From the NCBI GenBank assembly GCA_038087875.1, contig CM075998.1:2232001-2296000 (forward strand): a stretch of DNA of 64,000 bases. Direction: 5' to 3'. Each line of letters begins with the position of its first letter. Positions within the stretch are counted from its first letter, which is position 1. Of the stretch, positions 54,801 through 64,000 are shown piece by piece. Origin of the DNA: Malacoraja senta. Taxonomy: Eukaryota. The position numbers and the translations under genes were made by a program. A model generated the notes under the pieces. That model made no database searches, was not told the origin of the DNA, and was given only the letters and a program-made list of their open reading frames with translations.

Positions 54801-56934
54801 GGGTTTTAAAGCTAGAAGGGGGTACAAAAACAGGAAGGAGTGAGATTATAGAGGGATTGGAAAACGAGGATAAAAATAATAGGTTTGGTAGTATTATTTG
54901 ACTGGCTGGCTGCTCTTGCTCACACTGATGATTTTAGGGCATTCAGATCTGAGAGCAGTGCACCTATCTGCTATCCCAATGAAAGGTAGAGATCTCCCAC
55001 AAATGAAAAGATAATCGGTTCCAATGATGTTAACTTAAAGACAGTAGAAACAAAAGGTTCTGCACATGTAAGAGTCTTGAGCAAAACACAAAGAGCTGGA
55101 GGAACTCAGTGGGTCAGGCAGCATCTGTGGAGGGGATGGATCAGCAACGACTCGGGTCGGGACCCTTCTTGATACTAAAAAATGGTCCTGATCTGAAACA
55201 TCGCATATCAATTCCCTCCACAGATGCCGCTTGACATGCTGAGTTGCTCCAGCAGTTTGTTTTTAACTTGAGGATAGTTGTTGAACAGGACACTGGGGAG
55301 AACTCTCTTGCTCTTCTTAGAAGCAGCGCCACAGAATCTTTTGCATCCACTTGAGAGAACAGGCAAGAAGTTGATGTAGCATAGGATGCCATCTGAAAGA
55401 CGGCATCCCCAACAATGCAACACTTCCTGAGCACTATTGTGGACTGTAAAGCCAGATTTTTGCAGTGAGATTTGAATGGACAATCCTGTCTGCCAACCAC
55501 CACTGAATCATAGCTGAGATTAATCAGATTAAACTGCCTAAGTAAGCGTCAAGGTGTAATTGTAGCCACTCCTCCCCACCCTACTGCTACTGAAAGAGTT
55601 GTGATTTTTCACAAATTGTGATGAAGATGTAGTTACAGTATGACATGTTAATATAGGAAGTAGAAGGGATAATAAAAGGGAACATACATTTATGAATTTA
55701 TGAACATAAAAATAAGTCAAGAATTACTGACATTATCAAATGCCTTCTGAGTTAGATCTACACAGCAAGGTCTAATTATTGAAGATAGACAAAAAATGCT
55801 GGAGTAACTCAGTGGGTCAGGCAGCATCTCTGGAGAGAAGGAATAGGTGATGTTTCGGGTCAAGACCCTTCTTCAGACTGAGAGCCGGGCACTGTTTCAA
55901 CTGAATCTACAATTGGTTTTGACTCCCTGTGCAGTATTCCGCAGTATTTAGAGAAGCAACTAACTTTCTGCCTGTCCCGCTGAGTTACTCCAGCATTTTG
56001 TGTCAACTGTCTTTGTCATTTGATGAGCCCTTGGCCATCAAGTGTTCTTTGAGATGGTGGAGATAGATTTTTTGTATGTGTGGAATTTTCAAATTCTCCC
56101 TTTGACTGCGAGTTTCCCCCGGGTGTTCCAGTTTCCTCCCACATCCCAAATACGTGGGCTGGTAGGTTAATTGGCTGTTGTAAATTGACCCAGTGTGTAG
56201 GTGAGCGGTAGAATCTGGGGAGGGTTGATAGGAATGTAGGGAGAATAAAAAGGGATTCGTGTAAATGGATGTTTCATGGTTGGCACAGTCTCAGTGGGGC
56301 CAAGAGCCTGTTTCTATGCTGTGTGATTCTGTGCAGTGTAGCATGCACCACAAGCTCGAGTTATTTTTCTTTAGCGCAGTGAGGAATTCACTAAATTGCA
56401 GAATTAATCATTAAACATGCTTTATGCTGCAATGATTTTCAAGTCCACCCCCCTCTCACAATCAAGTCCAAAGCCATTTGGCAGGTATTTTGCTTCTGCA
56501 TTCTGTCAGTACGGAGGTACAGGGCTCTCATCTGACTGTTTCACCAGGGCGAAGGCAGGAAAACTGCTGATTCTAGGGCTGGTCCATGTGTGGAGGAGGT
56601 TTGTGGCTTTGTGTTTTATGCACACACTCCTGGCCAGCCAGTCTTGACAAACCTGCCCATGTCACAGCCTCCTCCTCGCCCATCACCACCTCTGCACACT
56701 GGGACATTCTGGTTCCCAGTTAAGTGTGGCTTTGAGATTAAAATGTTCATCCTTGTCAAATCCTACCATAGCCTCAACCTTCCTTCAGCCTGTAAACCCT
56801 GCCAGCCTCACAATCCTCAGATCTCTGCTTTCCTCCAATTTTGGCCACTGGATAATCACTACATTTAAACACTCCACCACTGGCAGCTGTGCCAACCTCT
56901 GGAACTCCCTCCATAAACATACCCACCTCTGCAT

Positions 56935-57223
56935 TTAGACTTTAGAGATACAGTGTGAAAACAGGCCGTTCGGCCCACAAAGTCTGCGCCAGCCAGCGAT
57001 CACCCCATAAGACTAGCACTATCCTATACACTAGGGACAGTTTACAATTTTACCAAAGCCAATTAAGCTACAAACCTGCATGTCTTTTGGAGTGTGGGAG
57101 GAAACCCATGTTGTCACAAGGAGAATGTACAAACTCCGTACAGTCGGCACCTGTAGTTGGGATCGAACCCGGGTCTCTGGTGCTGTAAGGCAGCAACTCT
57201 ACCACTGCACCACTGTGCCACCC
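56935..57223 (-). mobile_element. V-SINE (HE1-like), near full length
   Basis: Reverse complement of the 35544 element, including head and tail. Confidence 0.85.
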
Positions 57224-60200
57224 CTAAAAACAATGTATTTGTCCTCTTTTAAGATGCTCATTAAAACCAACATTATTGACGAACGTTTGGTGAGTCAGCA
57301 ACAATATTCTGTTTCTCCCGTGAACTAGAGTGTGTGTGATGTGGAAGGTACAATGCAGAGGGTAGGCGGTGATGGTGTCATAATGATACAGCGTAGAAAC
57401 AGACCATTCAGGCCATTTGAAACAAGCCACTTTTGTTAGCTTTTCGTGGGATGTCCCTCAGGATTGAGAATGACTTGTTTCAATTTTGTGGGTTCTGAGG
57501 TAGCTGATGAGGTCAATGTGGGAATCGCAGATTTCCAAAGAGGGGGCGGAAGATGGCTGCTGGGGTGGGTGGGTGGTTTGTGAGGTAGTGCACTCCTTTC
57601 ACCGCTTAGACAGGACTTCTCTGTGCTTCTGATCCATGGTATTAAGGTTCTCAATACCATCCTGAATGTTCCTTCTCCACTTTGTGTGGTTGTGGCCAGC
57701 GGAGTCAGTGAGGATGTTGCATTTCTTCAAGCATGACCATGATTCTTTTCTTCTGTTCACCTGAAAATCTCCCACAACAGAGCTTGGAAGAGGGTTTCAG
57801 TGTCTGGAGTTTGGTATTGGGCAGGCAAATGAAATGGCCAGCCCAATGCAGTTGACTGAGGGTAACTAGGACCTCAATGCTGAGGATGTTGCCTTGGAAG
57901 AGGGCAGTGATTGTTGATTTGTTTATCTTTTGAGTGAATTTGGAGGGTTTTGTAGAGCCAGTGCTGCAAACAGGAAGTTACATACCACGTTGGACTCGTA
58001 CATGGGGTGATTCTGCCTGTCAGCAGATAGGAAAGAGATGAATGAAATACAATGAGGAGCTGAAGACATTACCACATTTAACTCATAAAGAATTTACAGA
58101 AAACACAATGATAAGGGATGGTGAAAGAGTTTTCCAAATGTGGAAGGCTTTGTAAACGGCAAAGCAAGGAGATGGATGGTGCAGTGGGAATATTTGTGGT
58201 TCAAGACGATTGATTGTAGTTGCTTGAGAGCATTGAGGGATGTGAATGAACCCAGATTGTGTGCTTGGCTCGCAATTCAAAGATATATGCATAAAGTTTG
58301 CATAATCCCAGTGTTGATACCAGGGAATGCTTTATGTTAGAGTTGCTATCCTTAGGATCTTAAGTTGAACCCCCACCTGCTCTCAGCTGCTTGTAGCAAA
58401 TCCCATGCCTATATTTTAAAGAGTAGAGGAGTTCCCCTCACAAGTGTCTTAAGTGTCTATGTTGATCCCTTAATCAACAGTTGAAGTTGTGACATGCAGG
58501 TTTGCCTTTCTGTTCCCAGCGTCCATTTTACTGTTGGACATATAAGCGTTCCCATCCGGAGTATAAAAGCGGTAAATGCTGGGAATACTCAGTGGATTGG
58601 GCAGCAGCCATCGGAAGAGAAACAGGGTTAATGCTGCAATGCAAAGACTCTTTGTCAGAATTCTGATGAAGGGGCTTAGACCTGAAACATTAACTGTTAC
58701 TCTTTTGACAGACACGGCCTAACCCAGTGAGTGTTCCCAGATTTGCTGTTTCCAATTTTCAGTATCTCCAGTTCGTTAATTTGCATTTGCTATTGTCCAT
58801 TTAATAGAAAAGAAGTCTTCATCGAAAGCTTCCACGCCACCGAGCTGGCTGTGGGATGTCACCTGTTAAACTGTGAACGTTGCAACAATTTCACAATGAT
58901 ATGCTATCCTCTGTGTGGTTTTATTATTCACTTACCCTTCATGATGTTTTTCTCTCAGTGTACATGCACAACAGCCTATCATCATCTAATTCCTTCTCCT
59001 CTTCACTTTGACTTACTCAACACTTTTGTTGGGAAACAGCGGCCACAAGTGGAAAGGACTGATTGGAGTGGGTCCCACGAATAATCCAATGTGAGAGCAG
59101 AATAGTGGGAAAAGGGGGACAATTCTAGACAATGGCAGCACCAGAAATTGAGTAGACAATGCTCAATTGAAAACCTTTCACTGTTCTGAGTGCCTTTTTC
59201 CAATTTTCTTCTCCTGTCCAAACACTGCCACAATTGCAGGGGTAGCTCTGGGATAGTGGATAGGATTTGCTGCATCTCACCATGAGGATCAAACTCTGAA
59301 CCTTCCCTGTCTTCCGGAGCCCCTTTACCTGTTGCACCAGTAGAACTGGCATTCCAGAATATGAACTTGCTTTCTCTACACTTCAAAGCAGGGATACTGT
59401 TTGGAGTTGGTTGTTGAGGGAAGGGACACATGTTGGAACCCTGTCCACACTCGAATGTGAAGAATGTGGAATCAAAGGGCTGTCGGTACCTGCAGTGCCA
59501 TACTCTTCACTGTGTGTGTCAGAGACGTTGAGAGAGTTGAAAGAGTTGAGAGAAAGAAACACCAGAGAGGGAAGGGATGGTAAAAGGTGTCAAAAGACTC
59601 ATCTGTGCCAAATGTCGAGTAGCTGTTTCCCCCAAATCCCATTAAAAAAAATCTTCCCCATATTTCCATTAATTCCCCCCATATTCTACATACTAGGGGC
59701 AATTTACAGTGGCCGTTTAACCTGAATGTCATTGGGATTTGGGGGTGATGCACCAGAGGAAATCCACGTGGTCACACAGGCAGCAGTGGATGTCAGGATC
59801 GAACCTGCGTACTCTGAGCTGTTTGACTGCTCACAGGCAATAGAACTTGACTGTGAAGAGTTGCTCGACACCACCTGGTGTCCTGACCCTTACAGTTGCT
59901 GCATTTTTTTCTCTACGGCAGTTTATTTGCACCATTAGCCACTGATGAACTATTTATTGACTCGCCAACCAGTGTGGTTTGAAACTGGATAAACAACTCG
60001 TGACAGTGGCTTGGGAAAACAATCTACCTTGTTGGTAGGGTTACATCAACATACATTCCAATGCTACTTACAGTTAAACCTTTATAAAAACCTTTTCAAA
60101 GGGTGTTTGCCAGTGGAAAAGAAAACAAAAAAATACAGGTTTGCTTTTCCGTAAAGAAATCCACAATGGAAGCTTTGCATTTTAATGCCGACTGAAAATG

Positions 60201-61219
60201 TGTGCAAGTGTGAGCAGAAGTGTGTGTGCATCTGTGTGTATGCAAGCTTGTGCCAGCATGTGCAGTTTGATGATGGTCTGAGATAGGGTACCTGAGTTAC
60301 CGCTGACCTGGGGACAGTTTTGGCTCTTGCTATTATAACATGGCTTCAGACTGCCCTGAACCTATGTTAAGTTGGGTTTCCATCAACATGACAATGGTTT
60401 AGGACCTGTAGCCCAGTCACCAATGAAAGGGCGGTGAGGCTAGAATAGCGGAAGAGAGACCCTGCACCGCAGACTGCAGTTTGGCACGAGAGAGTCAGAT
60501 GGCCACTGAAGAATAGTGACAGTTGCGGTGTGAATCCTTCACCTTGTGCTTTCTAATCCAGCTACCTCATACTTGCATCTGGACTTGGAAACAGGCTTGG
60601 AAACTTCCTGGGGTGAAGGCACTGAAATGATTACTGCTGAGTCACCTGGACCAGGAAAGTCTGAGATTCACTGGCTTGTTATTGTACTGGGTGATCTCAG
60701 CAATGTTGATCTTGATGTCAGCCTCAATGCATTTCGACCTTAAGAAACCAGAGCATGAAGAGGTCATTTGGCTATTCAAGCCTGCTCCCTCATTTACACA
60801 GATATTGTAGCAGCTGATCCTTTGCTATGTCCAACTCCCCAGCCAAACCCATTAGCCCATGATTCCCAGTGCAAGCAGTCAGCAACCACAGGGGAGGGGG
60901 AAAAAGATTCACATGCTACTCAGAGAAGATATTTCTGATCTTAGTCCTAAATGGATGCCTCCTTTTTCTCAATACCTGAGCTTTACGCTTTCCAGCCGGG
61001 GCAACAGCTTCCCATCCCCTCTTGGATTTGAAACATTTTAATAGAATCAACTCCCATAACAGAGGCTAGAAATGTATTTGTTATTCCAATAACTTGCACT
61101 GTTAAATTTGTATGTCTGGAGATTGTCCAGCGAGGCTTTGCAATGGTATTAACTCTTCTTCTCCAACTGTTGATAACATATATCCACACATCAAGTATAT
61201 TCATGACGATGAACTGTGC

Positions 61220-61770
61220 TGAGTGGTCTCTGAATCAGAAGATTGTGAATTCAAATCCCACTCCACCGAAATCAAAATGTTCCTATGCTGTGCCGAGGGA
61301 GTTCCTCCCTATAGGAGGTGGGAGCTGAGGGAGCGTCACACCGTTAGAGGGGCAGTATTGAGGGAGGGTCGCACTGTGGGAGGGGCGGTGAGGGAGCGCC
61401 GCACTGAGAGGGGGCGTTACTGAGGGCGCACCGTGCTGTGGGAGGGGCAGTACTGAGGGAATGCTGCAGTGCAGTAGGTATTGGATCCCTGTCTGTCCTT
61501 CAGACAGATGTGAATGAACTCATGACACTATTTCAGGGAAGAGCAGAGGAATTTTGCCAGGTCTGGCAGCCAATATTTATGTTTTAATCAACATCACAAG
61601 AAAACCATTGTCCAGTCAGTATCAGAATGCAGTGTGTGGGATCTTGCTGTGTGCAATTTTGGCTGCCAGGTTTCCAATATTACAACAGTGACTTCAGCTC
61701 AGTAGTGCTCATTGGCTGTAAAACATTATGGAATGTTCTTCATGTGAAAGGTGCTATACAAATGCAAGAG
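61220..61770 (+). mobile_element. Deu-domain SINE (SacSINE1/DeuSINE-like) with internal minisatellite. Related decayed copies at ~8815-9180, 49580-49860, 55285-55470 (-) and 36655-36850, 38440-38620 (+)
   Basis: B-box-like TTCAAATCCC, GCAGTACTGAGGGA and GAAGAGCAG core motifs, L2-like tail GGTGCTATACAAATGCAAG. Confidence 0.65.
61287..61478 (+). repeat. ~6 degenerate copies of a ~30-33 bp G-rich unit (GCAGTACTGAGGGAGCGCCGCACTGTGGGAGGG-like)
   Basis: GAGGG(A/C) recurs at regular spacing. Confidence 0.8.
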
Positions 61771-63804
61771 CTCAGCTGGCTGTTTACACATGCAGGCCCC
61801 AGGTCTGAGTTTTGACCCTTGTTAGTCTCAAACGCACAAAGTTGCTGTCATTTTGCACAGCGTGGCCTGACTGTTGTCTGCAGAGCACAGAGGGGGAAAA
61901 AAGGGTTTGTGTTGGCACAGCCAGTTTCTGCAGTCATGAGAGTCAGTTCTCCAGTCTAAGAGTTTGTGCCAATGACATCAGATATTACTGTAAATAAGTT
62001 GGAAAAGCAGCCAGAAGGACCTGCAAACACCATGGAAACAAAGGAAATATTCAAGACTTGCCGAACCAGACCTTGTAAACATTGGTTCCTTTCCCCACCC
62101 CCAGCTGAACACCCGAGCTGCCAAGTACAGGCCTCATCCACTACAGAAGACCACAGGGGCTGTGTCCACCATTCCTGAAGGCTGTGCTCAGTAGAAACTT
62201 GGAACAAGGAAGCCACTGTAATCTGTATGCTACCGAAACTTGGATGGTGATACTGTATGCCTCCTTTATAATGTGCAGCATCGTTCTCACCGTTTCCAAG
62301 TTTACTGGCACCTCATGGTGCTATTCTGATCAAGAATATCAGATTGTGGGGCCTAATTCTTCACATGCCCCGGGCAAATGTGATTTGTAGGCATATGTTC
62401 AATTTACCACTCTAATCTCAGTAACCCAGAAAATGGTACCATTTGCAGCGGTAAAGAAATTGAGGGGGTGGCAGGTGTAAGTGAGGGAGGGTACAAAGAG
62501 GAAGAGCTATTTTTTTGAGATTATTGGCAATTAGAAATATTAAGGTGAACGTCTTTGAGTACCATACTTATTTATGAGGTTTGATTGTTGGTCTGTGGTG
62601 AGTGAACCAATCTTGGCTAGCATTGGGTGGAGGTGGGGCTGAGGCTGCATAACTAGCTTCTGTGCAGCTGACCAAAGAGGGCTTAAAAAAACAGCTCAAG
62701 TTTTGGACTAGTTCCCCCGACATTAATTTGCTTTATCGTTGTCAAGTCCCCTATCATCAACATCCCAGGGTCGGTACTGACCAGAAACTCAACTGACAGA
62801 CCACATGAATACTGTGGCTACAAGACGCGAGGTATCCTGCAGTAAGTGACTCTCTTTCTGACACCCCAAAGCCTTTCTACCGCCTAAAAAGCACAAGTAA
62901 AGAGTGTGATGGTATACTTTCCAGTTGCATAGATGAGCACAGCTCCAACATGACCTGAAATTTGACCGGCACCTCATCCACTGCCCTAAACATTTATTCT
63001 CTCCACCACTGGCACGTCATGGCGCCAATGTGTACCATCTATAAGATGCCCTGTACTTCCTCACCGAGGCCACTTAGATAACACCTCCCAAATCTATATC
63101 CACTAAAATGAGCAAGGGGTTCAGACACATGGATACATCGTCACCTGCAGGTTTCCCTCCAAGTGGCACACCATTTGAACTTGAAAGGGAGCAATCCCCA
63201 GATTGTTAGTTTGTCCTGAAGAAATGTAACTCCACAGAATCACTATTTTCAGCATAAGAGGGGATGAAAATTGGAAATACACTACTTATTTATAATTTAG
63301 TCTCCAGAGACTTTAGCTTAATGCATAAGAAGTACAGAAGGCTGGTGATCTTTACTATTGAATATCAAATAGAAAATAAGCCATCACCTTTTATTAGCAG
63401 TCACTTCCTGTTCTGCCAGACATTGGCGTGAGTGGTGTAGGTGGAACAGTGTGACTCATCCACAGGGACTGTCGGTGCCACACTCTTGCTGCTTAGCAGG
63501 AAGTGAAGGTGCAGGCCTGAATTTGCTTGCTTAGTGGACCTTCCCAGAGAAAGTAATTTTCACATAACTGACCAAGTGCTTGGGCTGAAAGAGGAATTTG
63601 GATGTTGGTAAACAGCGCCTTCACAATTTTGGCACATTCTGCACTGCTTCACAGGGCTTTTCTTTGAAATGTGTTCCCTGGTACATTGTAGGAAGATAGA
63701 TTCCTCACTGGCAGCATTTTACTCTCCAATTAGCTCAACTTTATTGCATCTCTTAGCGGTGAAGCAGAAATAACAACTTTGTTATAGTGGAACAATGATG
63801 TAGG

Positions 63805-64000
63805 GGCCTGGAACAGGTGTCCAGAGGCCTGGATTAAACTTGCAGACAGAGAAGTTTGAAACCCACCACACCAGCTGAGCCACTGAAATCCAGAATTAAA
63901 AATCTGGAATTACAAAGCTGGTATCAGTAAAGGTGACCACAGAACTACTGAATTGTTATGAAAAATGTCATTGGTTAATTAATGCGATTTTTAGTCAGAG
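63805..64000 (+). mobile_element. Old tRNA-derived SINE family; related copies at ~41455-41550, 43350-43560, 45405-45560, 51465-51580
   Basis: B-box-like GTTCAAATCCC/GTTTGAAACCC followed by GCAGCTG...AATCTGGAAT...GGTGACCA. Confidence 0.55.

Larger units (their letters stand above)
27383..64000 (+). other. Intron 1 of the ERBB3-like gene, extending past the window end
   Basis: Donor at 27383; no Cys-containing L-domain exon (expected VCxGTxN...GNLEI) recognised downstream; repeat-rich. Confidence 0.6.

Overview
Eukaryotic vertebrate genomic DNA. The repeat content (HE1/V-SINE-like and Deu-domain SINEs, shark-type CR1, abundant Penelope-derived termini) points to a cartilaginous fish, probably a skate or ray (inference). 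Genic content, all on +: (1) ~1-8.5 kb, an AU-rich region that looks like the 3' end of an unidentified upstream gene; (2) a complete 4-exon RPS26 gene (19574-21441, 116 aa) with CpG island, TATA box and TCT/5'TOP start; (3) a signal-peptide first exon (27316-27382) that most likely belongs to ERBB3, followed by an intron running past the window end (>36 kb). Nearly all other listed ORFs are spurious or transposon-derived. Most interesting signal: more than 15 short Penelope-derived fold-back or half elements, several with 11-15 bp target-site duplications, many carrying a minimal hammerhead-ribozyme core (CTGANGA-stem-GAAACGTY); one copy appears to have captured and duplicated ~200 bp of flanking DNA. 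Three LINEs of different clades (CR1-group, L1, L2) flank RPS26, two of them possible horizontal-transfer candidates. Repeat boundaries without TSDs are approximate, and family names come from motif recognition, not database searches.
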